From: Lytechinus pictus
Lineage: Eukaryota
Length of the DNA: 64,000 nt
Direction: 5' to 3'
Assembly (NCBI RefSeq): GCF_037042905.1
Contig: NC_087245.1
Span: 1,364,001 to 1,428,000, forward strand
The notes below the pieces were generated by a model that was given only the letters and a program-made list of their open reading frames with translations, searched no databases and was not told where the DNA came from. The position numbers were made by a program, and so were the translations under genes. Below, in pieces: positions 50,601 to 57,218 of this stretch (position 1 is its first letter; every line of letters starts with the position of its first letter).

Positions 50601-53600
50601 CCCAATATTTTCATGGCGATCGCCCCCTACCCCCATGATAGAAGCAAGATGTAGAATGATTCGACTCTACTCTCTACAATAGGCCTTACGTGTATACTTT
50701 TGTGTTATACAGGGCAATGATCATTGGGCCGTTTTTTTTTGCAGCCTTTATGAATGTTGAATGAGTATCCCATTCAGCAATTTAACGGTGTTGCAGGTGT
50801 AGGCCTACATTTATTTGTAAAGAGCATAAAGTGCTCCAAATGCTAGGTTTTACTTCAAACATTTTCTCCCTGGTCACCACATTCCCTCGTAATATTTTAA
50901 GGGGTGGGTGTCATTGATATCAAAACCCCATCTCCTGCCATGTTCTATTATATCTTTTACGTCCAAAGTCTTAAAAAACGCCTCGGGAGAGAGTAACAAT
51001 TAACACAAACCCACTTCCTGATAACCAGTCCTACCCCCCTGTTTTTATCGTTAAATGCCCTCATCTACATCTGTAACACAAATCAGGCCCTGATGAATAA
51101 AATAGATGAAAAAATCTGAAGCATTTTGGAAACGTGACTTTTTTTTCGCTCAACCGCTACCCTCCCTCGCACGATATTAGAAATAGGTTCTATTGTTATA
51201 GGAGGGGGCTAGCTGTTTGGTGTGAATAAGGCTATCCGGCCACAATAGGCCATTTTCATTGTATTGAAAAAAAACCAACGTCGAAAATTTTTCAAGCCCC
51301 CCCCCCAAAAAAAAAAAAATTAGTCTAGAACCGCGCCTGTGTACAACGATGATGATGATGGTGGTGGTGGTGGTGATGTTGGACGTCATGTCTCTACAGA
51401 AGCAAAATTCGAAAGTTCCTGTCGAATCCTCAGGAGTGCGCTCAAATATAAACGCAAAGACCCGGTAATTATATGTCCCAACGAAAAAAAAAGTGAAAAA
51501 ATCAACCCAGATTCTGATTCTAACCTTTAATTAATTCGGTTTATTTAGATTTTTAGTTTTCGTTAAGATTATTCACCAATGCAGTGGTTATATAAGAGTG
51601 TATAGTGAAGACCGCTATGTGTATAAAAACATTTTGCTGTAAAACGTTGTTTAAAATCTTAAGCACGTTGTTTAAGCCCGTCACTTTAACAATTACTGTT
51701 TAAAGGGGAAGTTCACCCTTCAGAAAATTTTGTTGTAAAAATAGCATAAAAAATGATTTTAAAAAGATGGTGAAGGTTTGAGGAAAATCCGTTAAAGATT
51801 AAAAAAGTTATTAGCATTTTAAGTTTTGGATTTGTGACGTCATAAACGAGCAGCTAGCTGCCCCATATGTTATGTAATATAAAATGCATGAATTTCATTT
51901 TTAATGGTTCCTTATGGCTAATTTTTGTTTTCATTTCATGATTGTATGTGAAATGGTTTGTCTATTGATATACAAAAGGTACAGTAACAGCTTTTTTCAA
52001 TTTTCTGAGAAAATGACATTTTATCGATATTTTACCATTCGCTATGTAGGAATGCTGCTCGCATATGACGTCACAAATCAAATAATTAAAATTATAATAA
52101 CTTGTTAATTCTTGGATGGATTTTTCTCAAACCTTCGGCAATATTTTTCATTATTTTTTCTGCTATTTTTACAATAAAGTTTTTGTCAGGGTGAACAGTT
52201 TCAAACAACTGTTTAAACTCTTTAAACAAGTTGTTTAAAAAGTTTAAACAATTACAAAAAAGAGTGACAGGCTTAAACAACGTGCTACTTTTTTTTTTTA
52301 CTGTGTATTGGGTGTAGAGCTTGCATTCTAGTAAATCGATGGAAAAGGGTGTAAAAAAGCCAAACCGATTTGAGTTAAGATAACTGACAAATGACATAGC
52401 ATTGTTTATAATTTTTGTAAAGTCTCTATTTTATCTCTATGGTGTAAGCCATACATGCTCCACGTATGAGTAAGTAAAACAATTTTAAGAAAGGCTATGA
52501 TCTGAATTTAAAAAAAAATTACAAGCATGTCTACAAAATTCAAAATCTGCTCTTTATACCTCAATTACAGAAAATAACCAAGGAATAAAAAGAAATCTGT
52601 TTCTTTAAATCAAGCCTGCTTTCATAATTTCATAAAAAACAAAGTTTGTTCAAAGGATGGCCTGCCGTAGTTATGGCCTTGTTAACAAAAAAATTTATGC
52701 GTAGCTGATCGTCAACAACACGCAGTTTTGAGCTAACAGCTATAGCTTGTGAAAACAAATATCATTTCAAATAATGGAAATTTAAGCACTATTTTAAAGA
52801 AACAGAATGCCCATCGATATTTTAAAAGTAATTGAATAAAAAATCAGAAGATTATAAATGCCAAATCATCGCAAGGATGATACATAATCCCTTTCAAGAG
52901 GATCAAATGTCGCTATCTGTTTTCAAGTCAATATACAACAAATATTTTTCCTCGCGCTTCGAGCTTTATTCTAGTGACATAATAATATAGGCATCTAATT
53001 CGCACTCGCATTGTTTGCTTAGTGAAATACGTACGTAGCATGATAACAAAAATTTGCTTACAATGTACAATTTTAAGGGACTAATATATATATATAAATT
53101 TAGAAAAAGCAAGTAGAGGTTCGCGCTCGCGTTATTTTGATTAGTGAGATGTATGTATCATTTTCATGAATTCCTGGCAAAAGTCCTTAAATTTCCAGAT
53201 AGGTATACGTAGCTATTGAGTGCGCTTCGCGCGCTCAGTATTTTTTGCTTATGTTCCCCCATGCCTTACCCCACGGAACGCCACTGATTTTGCTTAAAGC
53301 TGTATGATAATAAAAACACAGGTATTAAGGAGTTTAAAAATCAAGCTAATTATTATTGTTTTTAATCTTAACTAAAAGTGTTGAAATATCAATATTCATC
53401 ATTTTTATACAGTAAAGAAAGTTGAACATAGCTGTTTGATTTTTATTCAGTCTTGGGTACTCATAATAGCTTTAACACAAGTGATGTTCAATTATCATTA
53501 TTCTTATTTTATCGATATCACAATTAATATTCTCATGTGCTTACTGATATCAGCTAGAGCTGGTCCGACACAAAGAATACAAAAGACTGTGAGACAGATG

Positions 53601-53614
53601 ACAGAAGACTTCAT
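5514..53614 (-). CDS. Alpha-carbonic anhydrase, secreted/probably GPI-anchored; join of 8 coding exons (53545-53614, 21962-22000, 15149-15316, 13601-13761, 12376-12468, 9846-9912, 8140-8297, 5514-5762), 1005 nt = 334 aa + stop
   Basis: All seven introns are GT-AG with compatible phases (1,1,1,0,0,1,0). Spliced protein has alpha-CA motifs WTY, QSPINI, NNGH, QFHFH, GSEH, EMHIVH, GIAVLG, RYDGSLTTPLC, N-x-R-x-x-Q, an N-terminal signal peptide and a C-terminal hydrophobic tail. Exon 1 link is the least certain part. Confidence 0.9.
8140..8297 (-). CDS. CA exon 7 (158 nt): ...LLP...FWRYDGSLTTPLCNEVVTWTLF...ISKSQ
   Basis: CAG acceptor, GTAAGA donor; GSLTTP motif (Thr199-equivalent) and second disulfide Cys. 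Confidence 0.96.
9846..9912 (-). CDS. CA exon 6 (67 nt): EDDEDNEALDKILDQVSHIMQP
   Basis: TAG acceptor, GTAAGT donor, phase 0/1 exactly bridging exons 5 and 7; not in the ORF track. Confidence 0.92.
10261..10530. mobile_element. Left part of a Kolobok-like MITE (family of 60791-61400)
   Basis: TTAA then AGGTAAAGTCCACCCCAGAAA; collinear with 60791-61075; cut at a (TA)n tract where the Academ-type copy begins. Confidence 0.7.
10570..11600. mobile_element. Shorter, eroded copy of the same Academ-type family
   Basis: ATGGTTTCTTGTCAATTCGAGGGTGCTGATTCC matches 35914 onward; inverse TIR at about 11380-11575; termini degraded. Confidence 0.75.
12376..12468 (-). CDS. CA exon 5 (93 nt): MHIVHYD...GGIAVLGFFLE
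   Basis: CAG acceptor, GTTTGT donor; third zinc ligand (His119-equivalent). Confidence 0.95.
13601..13761 (-). CDS. CA exon 4 (161 nt): ...GGGL...QFHFHFG...GSEHTIDGERYPAE
   Basis: TAG acceptor, GTACGT donor; zinc ligands equivalent to His94 and His96, and Glu106. Confidence 0.96.
15149..15316 (-). CDS. CA exon 3 (168 nt): QSFWKDIPGSSCDGSSQSPINI...NNGHA
   Basis: CAG acceptor, GTGAGT donor; QSPINI and NNGH (His64-equivalent) motifs. Confidence 0.95.
15335..15578. repeat. (CAT)n grading into (TCT)n microsatellite; Tx1 target
   Basis: Seen directly; continues at 21376-21400 after the element. Confidence 0.95.
15778..17286 (+). CDS. Tx1 ORF1p, nucleic-acid-binding protein with CCHC zinc knuckle
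   Basis: First ATG 15778; CFECGEMGHLSRTC knuckle, IVSASR and LSNVYP motifs, Pro/Ser-rich C-terminal half. Confidence 0.92.
   Translation: MAADAGREPRDLPGTSAQQPSGFLPTRVSRKNGICFVSTPTISIHDYVKEFANACVPADCIVSASRISQQRIAIYLNSRTAVLDAVDKGFTFQNSFIELSPLTLPTTRLTLSNVYPEIPNDLLVKQIAAFCKVVSQIRSIPLGFKDKPFSHILSFRRQVQVLINPNVTPPAHLDFSLEGVNYRVFVSTDEIRCFECGEMGHLSRTCKKTDRQGLTERVSDRGKVGPKHQPKGFKSHITNNVPLNVEPVHGQKQNILPERPSNHANSVGSEGSSEINESNTPKSPKSSEPLLPFPPPPTRLFSDIVAKRKRTPSKSSPDTPILTPLTSKTPPRKMRKSPPSTPISTGPPPSPVLLSSPAPSSPNTWSSSAPPPPGIQSSSVPPFPAFQPSSVTPSPVIQFSSAPSSPNPSTPSSLWDDTLSDDDSVDWASSFPSSQGPLSDKDLLKFLKTVKARKKPIEIARKFTSNVPGLVRQLIPLRNSSAFKKSTQQRVQKLIRKLEDCA
17300..21202 (+). CDS. Tx1 ORF2p: APE endonuclease + reverse transcriptase + C-terminal zinc motif
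   Basis: LQET, GGDFN, RLDRF, SDH (endonuclease); PGMDG, NWRPVSLLN, QGCPLS, YADD (RT); CGWC...H...C. No stops or frameshifts. Start is ATG 17300 or 17336. Confidence 0.97.
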   Translation: MLGKTLYALHLAMTLSFLTLNTGGCSGSVKTASIHSYIENIAISPDVIFLQETYDLTPRSSCWNLWKSYLINCSSGISRGSGITTIVKKNLVGSFDSLAIVDSHILYSKICIDDTFYHLYNILIPQDDNFALKAIKSLHDHLCTINNGVIMLGGDFNCTLNPALDRLSMPKEHRHKISTQLGKTIDFFTLCDAWRRLNPSQKAFTWHRRNPRSIHGVSRARLDRFYLPVGLTPSIHKCGILPCSLSDHDAGYLELKPPKHKHRGSAYWHFNNSLLDDENFKNIIVHFWTDWRLHKNEFVNILMWWDAGKSHIKRITQMYGKKIADEKRAAFVKINNTIEQLQSNFVLSSNTEQEIIRNRKELNNLLKYDAKGALIRSRFKLVQEVDTSSSFFYNLEKSNSSRKRISQIRLPSGRTTVNENEIKNHVYSFYKDLYSFSPIDGISAELFSNIKRLDKDEQKNLDSPFSVEELTQTVKQLGKDKTPGMDGLTTEFYQTFWPTFKNDFFEVLQFSISNGSLPRSFRRAIISLIPKKGDLAEITNWRPVSLLNVDYKIFAKTLASRLKLCIGSIIHEDQTYCVPGRTIYDNIILIRDIIHYANSADIPLALVNLDQKKAFDNISHKYLFDTMKAMGFGYSFISSVKLLYCHAESFVKVCGSLTAPFHFQKGIRQGCPLSGMLYSIAIEPFLNLLRQNLAQCNFKIPDINLNLSVSAYADDVTIFLSSENGFDIIQNVYNTYSKSSNACLNYNKSKGLWAGSWCRRNDKPLVCQWSNEGLTFLGVQLGNTNTYYQQNWVICKDRLNKTLSRWTPLSNYLSFKGKILVANQLAATKVFHFLATLSVPNHTLNELQDMLVNFVWSNKRHLIKKQILSCEPNNGGLGLASLQARVHTFRFCFFQRFLNFCSHPAYLLCSLNLKKYRGLNFDSQLCFIDLDPKFLTNLQCFYSELLVAWRASGAHIDITSLSVNHVLNMPLNYFPLIPPSLEGSTVFPARLFVCRITLIKHIIDPFNGKWRTVDSLQLHPAYDASRQRLSRRLIGQELSILKYRLSAIFPTIFTLAGLKAPLRPLCSSPTPLVIKLVRGTATAELSTKYIYRALKRRVNSYDSSLPSHWHENGTLSSNTKINWTQIYAPPTIKKDGDIQYKLLHNVLPSLPVLHHFNKDIPIQCGWCGETGTIFHLLIQCPAIQPSLIVLHHLIKRLIPNIIIDFELYWALVPHASGRCREAVRLCNFLFISFKSTIYWLYRSLNFSVPLLVWKSKVKSRILLDYEFHKLQNNVNAFSKRWCVNNALCSVGTSFELVWSF
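21962..22000 (-). CDS. CA exon 2 (39 nt): SSTWTYAGAGDT
   Basis: Polypyrimidine tract + CAG acceptor, GTAAGT donor, phase 1/1, contains the N-terminal W-x-Y motif of alpha-CAs. Confidence 0.88.
22740..23447. mobile_element. hAT-type MITE with poly-G/poly-C tracts
   Basis: CAGTGGCGTAGC...GCTACGCCACTG, perfect 8-bp TSD GGTATGGC. Confidence 0.9.
23630..24490. repeat. Compound (GAT)n/(GGT)n microsatellite with higher-order units
   Basis: Block GAGTGAAGATGATAA(ATGACGATGCAT) recurs between GAT runs. Confidence 0.95.
26427..27008. mobile_element. 582-bp Kolobok-like MITE, TTAA TSD
   Basis: AGGGATGGTCCGGGCTG TIRs about 190 bp long, TTAA on both sides. Confidence 0.9.
28290..28380 (+). mobile_element. 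Decayed, headless copy of the 29403 SINE
   Basis: GTTCGAGCC...CGTC...GTGATGACATTAAAGGT...GTAAATACTCATAACTGATTGAAGCACGTCTG is collinear with 29465-29565. Confidence 0.7.
29403..29584 (+). mobile_element. SINE with 7SL-like head, B box, Deu-like core and (CA)n tail
   Basis: ACTGGGCGTTGTGGCGTGCGCCTGTAATCCAAGCT resembles the 7SL 5' end; GGTTCGAGCC B box; CGTCTCTCGGACGGTGACGTTAAA; decayed second copy at about 28290-28380. Confidence 0.75.
29585..30429. mobile_element. CACTG-terminated (EnSpm/CMC-like) non-autonomous element
   Basis: CACTGTAAAAAA ... TTTTTTACAGTG ends, AT-rich interior, inserted at the SINE (CA)n tail. Confidence 0.7.
31578..31778. mobile_element. hAT-type MITE (family shared with 40496-40778)
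   Basis: CAGGGCACTGGGAACG...CCCAGGGCCATG; TSD AAGCGATC/AAGCGATA (7 of 8). Confidence 0.7.
33415..33748. mobile_element. GC-rich MITE
   Basis: CAGGGGCGGATCC...GATCCGCTTCTG ends, GCGAGCG-type repeats; TSD not resolved. Confidence 0.65.
35474..35755. mobile_element. hAT-type MITE, same family as 1251-1408, inverted
   Basis: CAGTGGCGTACC...GGTACGCTAGTG, perfect 8-bp TSD GAGAGGGG, internal poly-A tracts. Confidence 0.85.
35848..38626. mobile_element. Academ-type non-autonomous element with long TIRs and about 190-bp internal repeats
   Basis: TAGTCCAGGATAG ... CTATCCTGGACTA ends, 3-bp TSD AAT, about 300-bp TIRs, periodic CAAAATGGCYGCC. Confidence 0.85.
39116..39337. mobile_element. Small MITE flanked by TTAA
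   Basis: AGCTAGGGTTACACCA / TGGTATAACCCTAGCT TIRs; internal CGAAT/ATTCG motifs. Confidence 0.75.
39562..40345. mobile_element. PIF/Harbinger-like MITE containing a second one
   Basis: AGGCCCGGTCCCA...TGGGACCAGGCCT, flanks TAA/TTA; internal CATCCG repeats. Confidence 0.7.
39672..40055. mobile_element. Nested PIF/Harbinger-like MITE
   Basis: AGGCCACCGCACACCTT...AAGGTGTGCGGTCGCCT, TTA TSD on both sides. Confidence 0.8.
40496..40778. mobile_element. hAT-type MITE
   Basis: CAGGGCCCTGGGAACG start matches 31578; TSD CATCCAGA/CATCCAGG (7 of 8). Confidence 0.7.
40840..41440 (+). pseudogene. Decayed CR1-group LINE 3' fragment
   Basis: Translates as DSIVKKANARLKFLYR...LIQC/DYANAAWY...IIQNKIVRFI with frameshifts; typical RT C-terminal region. 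Confidence 0.7.
41495..42015 (-). mobile_element. Probable Penelope-like element 3' remnant
   Basis: Pyrimidine-rich minus-strand tract ending in a minimal hammerhead; no ORF left; boundaries approximate. Confidence 0.5.
41509..41547 (-). ncRNA. Minimal type I hammerhead variant (U4C) at the end of a Penelope-like remnant
   Basis: GCCU-CCGACGA-A-GAUUC(UGCUA)GGAUC-GAAA-GC-UU-AGGC. Confidence 0.65.
42643..44185 (+). pseudogene. Decayed CR1/L2-group LINE ORF2, 5' part (outer element of the nest; resumes 49674-49760)
   Basis: YLMGDFNINL, KPTRITKNSAALID, KSSGSDDI, KVAKVVPVYKK; continues as YRSIALLPNFSKILE at 49674. Confidence 0.85.
45506..47404 (+). CDS. Reverse transcriptase ORF, 5'-truncated (no endonuclease)
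   Basis: KPWM, LRPISIT, DFRKAFD, GVPQGTKLGP, YVDD, IERVQKRALR; frame open from the insertion junction. Confidence 0.9.
   Translation, partial: ETNDKVEQLQDLLNTQYRRHFQLVTFKQRPNDKPWMNSRIRSLIVKRDRAFKQKADSYKSLRNEVQRAIRSSKANFYKTKVANLMDSEPGKWHQQIRTLSGLRKQEAPLFAGDISPLDLANDLNSFFSGICSRLPPLDTSKLSAYLPAPVSPPVIQRYEVYKRLRQLNTSKAGHPADCPTRLLKEFAFEISEPLTEIFNECLDKGYFPTLWKRASVCPIPKGPRVTDVDQLRPISITPIIARLFEGFLAGWIMDDIYHTVDHKQFGNMKGSSLNHYLISMLDTIVKGLDQQGRIANLCAIDFRKAFDHINHTILIEKLIRIGVDRSIIPTICDFLSCRSQAVRYRGTTSAQLNITCGVPQGTKLGPILFLVMVNDVACSTENRWKYVDDLSLVEVVRKDQCSGLQHDVDSLVDWCNDNDMKLNAAKCKAMQISFLRTNPPPLQLRIDDTDLEIMTSIKLLGVIIQNDLRWELHVRQIISNASRRLFILNKLKRNGVMCPELVTIYKMYIRPLIEFAVPVWASSITCQQSASIERVQKRALRIIAWPNVLPYIELLQSMNVSSLKDRRSELVEGFARSLLKSKRHRHFLPETRRVRTGLSLRNAHHLEIPRTRTKRYQQSPIPHFVQLLNSVI
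47639..47771 (+). other. Long G.U-rich RNA hairpin in LINE 3' UTR
   Basis: 47639-47696 pairs with 47714-47771 without gaps, capped by TTCAGTGCACTGAA. Confidence 0.85.
51704..52200. mobile_element. Kolobok-like MITE inside an eroded inverted-repeat element (about 51640-52305)
   Basis: TTAA then AGGGGAAGTTCACCCT ... AGGGTGAAC; flanks AGCACGTTGTTTAAGCC and its inverse. Confidence 0.65.
53545..53614 (-). CDS. CA coding exon 1: signal peptide MKSSVICLTVFCILCVGPALA-DI
   Basis: AAC-ATG start, basic-hydrophobic-ALA pattern, strong donor GTAAGC in phase 1 that joins exon 2 in frame; TATA/Inr upstream. Lies 31.5 kb from exon 2, so linkage is inferred. Confidence 0.78.
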
Positions 53615-53754
53615 GTTGTCGATTCCTTGGATCAGATAAAAAATTGAATCGGTGTATCAGATGATCATCTAGCAAAGAACAAGTTGAAAATGGCACCGAG
53701 TTCGGATCGTGCATGAGTCAAGAGAGATACACCAACCGTCACAAGCGAAACACA

Positions 53755-53790
53755 AAGTGATGCGATTCGTCTAGTGGTAGTAGATTTATA
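53755..53790 (-). promoter_or_regulatory. Putative CA core promoter: TATAAA plus initiator-like TCACTT
   Basis: Minus-strand TATAAA at 53790-53785; TCACTT with its A at 53758, 32 nt downstream (canonical spacing), 144 nt before the ATG. Confidence 0.55.
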
Positions 53791-54476
53791 GTCCATGTTA
53801 TACAACAGAACCTTGACCGAGTATGTCATCTCAGTAAACATGGACTTTAAGAGTAGTAGTAAAAGAAAATGCACTTGGGATTAGGGGCACTGTCAGATAA
53901 TATTTCTATTAGGGTAGTGTAAGATTTGACAAGGATTTACCATAATGGGGTGCATCAGAGGAGGAGAGAATGGGGGCGTCGAATAAGTTGGGTTAATGTC
54001 TACATCTCTCTATCCCATCCTCATCCCATCGTATTACTACTTGCATGTCCATCTAGTTAGCCCCTTTATTCATTTTTTTATATATTTATTTCAAAAAGTA
54101 TTTGAGAGGGTGACATTTCAACATCACGGTGATACCGAAAGTCAGAATATTTCACTTTTTGTATCGCGAGTTTCTCATGTTTCTATGGTATATAGCTCGC
54201 CCATATCCATGGACAACGGCATGCACTTTCTCCACTCCCTGGGTTCCTCACTCAAAAGGTATACTGCATTGGCTTCCGCGTCTAACCGGGTATCTACTAT
54301 ACCATCTGTATGGGTGAAGAGTGGCAAAATGTTGATTAACACCTTGCCAAAGGATGCTAACACAACAGCTCTAATAACAAGGCACAGTTTTTTTTTATTA
54401 CCATTAATAATACTTATCAATAACAATAGCTGGATTTATAAAGCGCCTTTTCCGTGATGATACCAACAATGCTACT

Positions 54477-54730
54477 ATTAATAATAATAATAATAGTTGG
54501 ATTTATAAAGCGCTTTTTGCCAGAGGATACAAAGCGCTGCTATTATTACCCCGGCTTTAGCTCGAGCTACCATCACCGGCGCTCAGTGCATGCAAGGAAT
54601 TACTCCTGCCGGGTACCCATTCACCTCACCTGGGTCGAGTGCAGCACAGTGTGGATAAATTTCTTGCTGAAGGAAAATACGCCATGGCTACGATTCGAAC
54701 ACACGACCCACTGTTTCAAAGGCGAGAGTC
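54477..54730 (-). mobile_element. tRNA-derived SINE with (TAT)n tail, 5' tip clipped
   Basis: GTTCGAATC B box, CACTCGACCCAGGTG...AATGGGTACC core, AAGCGCTTTATAAAT-(TAT)n L2-type tail. Confidence 0.85.
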
Positions 54731-54734
54731 CCCC

Positions 54735-54938
54735 GGCTTAGCTCCGCTGCCCATATAGGCGCTCAAGTATTCAAGGATTTTTTTTCCTACCGGGTACCCA
54801 TTCACCTCACCTGGGTCGAGTGGAGCACAATATGTGAGTAAATTTATTCTTGAAGTAAAACTCGCCATGGTTGGGAATCGAGCTTTCGTCCCTCAGAATA
54901 AAGGACGGGAGTCATAACCAGTAGTCCACGACGCCCCC
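54735..54938 (-). mobile_element. Second copy of the same tRNA-derived SINE
   Basis: GGGGCGTCGTGG...TGGTTATGACTC head; identical GGGTACCCATTCACCTCACCTGGGTCGAGTG core. Confidence 0.8.
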
Positions 54939-57218
54939 GTGGTGGCCTGCATTGGCACACATATAGGTTTAATTTACTCTTTTATTCATTTATCAAACTT
55001 TAATTTTGCAACAGAACTTCATTTACTTATTTGATAAACTTTTCTTACAGAAGAAGCTGACAGTAAGCTGATGAAGGAGTTGAATGAGAAATTGTCAACT
55101 CCATAAGGCAATACTTTTTAATGGATGAAAGCGAAAATAATATGATGAATGTATTTTCTTCATGGAATTCCGAAATTCCGTCACAATGCAAACTCATTTC
55201 CTGCCGACAAGATTATTGCTGGTGGGGCATAAAAAGACTTCGATTGCATTAACCTTTCCCCCAACGTAAATAACTTGGCCTGGACTTGTTTTTTTGTACT
55301 GCATAAAAATATAGCGCCCTGTTTGGAAGAAAATTTATAACTGTATAATAGTATATACCCGGTCACTTTCAACTACTTTAAAAGCCGGTAATTGAAGACA
55401 CGTAAGATTTTGACGATTTTGAGGGAAAGTATATAACACTCCCGGGATAACACTCATGTGTAATCATAGTAATCCCTGCATTGTGCATGTGCGCTATCAT
55501 GAATGCCAACATGAATATGGCTTTTGTAAGAGAGTTTTGCGATTTACTTTATTTTTCTTGTATAAAATAAAGAAGCCCAGTTTGGGATCCTATTGAAAAA
55601 CACCGTAAAGTTTGTATGTGGTATGTGTCCATCTAAATATCGAAATGATATCATTCAACAGAGTTTATCGTTTGTTTGTTTGTTTTATTTTTATTTCTGC
55701 GTTCACAATACATTGTCATAAATATTTACATTGTTTGTAATATACAAAATAAATCATAATGCATACAATATAAACATAATACATAATTTGAAGGAAAAAA
55801 ATGGTGTGGGCATATACTTCACATTTTTATAATAAAAAAAGGAACATTAACAAAATTTAATGAACGCAGGAGACCGCCATCGTATAAAGTAAACTTTGAA
55901 AAGATACTTATCAACACAGCCAACAAAATGTGTGATTTTTTATTAAAAACAATTATGCATGATTGCCGGAACAGGGGCGTCTAACCCTGTCTTAGGCATG
56001 CTGGAGGGTGTTGAGGGTGGGTGGGTAGGTAGAGATATTTCTTGTATAATTGTAATGTCATTACAAAAAAATCACGTTAAGGGGTACAAAAGATCATTCC
56101 CTTCATCTGTAAAATGAAAAAAGGGAGACAAATATAAACACCTTTATCAGGTTTCATGAGAAGCACGATCATGACTACACATATATTATTGTCCCCTATA
56201 CTATTCTGATTCGCTTATTTTCAGAGGTGGCGCTATACATCATCATCTGCTGTAATCTTCAGCCCATCTCGAAGATGAGATAGATACATGGGTGCAGAGA
56301 AAGAGAACAAGAAGAAAAAAAGAAGATAAAAAGGGAAAAAAGAATAAAAGACAAGGGAGAAGGATGAATACTATTACAAAAAAGAGAGGCCTTGATAAAA
56401 AAAAACCTCCGAAAAAAGATAACATAATTATGCTCAGTTTCACGCCACCACTCCCCCCCCCCCTCCCCCAGCAAATACCCAGGCACCGCACCTGACAACA
56501 TCGATAGAGCAAAAATATAAGAACACTATTACAAAATATTACAAACACATTATTATGAGAGAAGAGTGGAATATAAGCAAGCACTGTTCATCAAAATATA
56601 TGGAAAACATAATGTCTCCTGTAAACTATTTTGAAGAACCTGGTTAGGGCGGGGATGTTATCCATTCATATACTTTTCACGATTCAACCCCTTAAGATTC
56701 ATCACATTAATGTGCCAACTGATCTCGAAAAAAACCCAGAACAACAACAACCATAAAAATTGTCAAAAGCTGGTGTTCCTCACCTGTTAAAATGTTAAAG
56801 TATATAATTTGACTTTGAGGAGATGGATTGTTGTTACGGTGCAGCAATACCGTCAGATGTCGCTATATAGCAATGGAAAAAGACAAAATAAACAACCGAT
56901 GTGGAAATTTTCTTGAACAATAATGTATATGCTCCCGATCATGCTTCATTATAGGCCTACTCTTCGGCCAGGCCAGATAATGATTTTTTTTTTAACCCAT
57001 GCAAGTATGTTATTATGAGGTCTACGCGTCACCACGGTAGATTTGGTAGAAATATCATTATGAGGTAATAATGAAAACATCAGCGAACCCCATCGAACAT
57101 AGCAACCCCGATAGCAACTTTATGAATTTCTTTCGGTTTGTTGGGGTTATATTGAACGTCGTTTTAATATACTGTTAGAACGATTCCAATAAAGTCTTCA
57201 GGCTTCCCACTGGGCTTA

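Noticed and set aside
53665..53874. 69-aa ORF with a hydrophobic stretch as alternative signal-peptide exon
   Set aside because: Only a weak donor (GTGCCA) and it overlaps the predicted TATA/Inr; 53545-53614 fits much better.
54876..54897. Minus-strand CTGAGGACGAAAGCTC
   Set aside because: No room for stem II; it is part of a decayed tRNA-SINE head.
55068..55110. CTGATGA followed by an 8-bp stem GGAGTTGA/TCAACTCC
   Set aside because: Followed by ATAA rather than GAAA, with no UH or stem I; not a supportable hammerhead.
56784..56870. Minus-strand CAG/GTGAGG donor with a TATA-like sequence as an extra 5' UTR exon
   Set aside because: No independent support; a closer TATA/Inr pair already explains exon 1.
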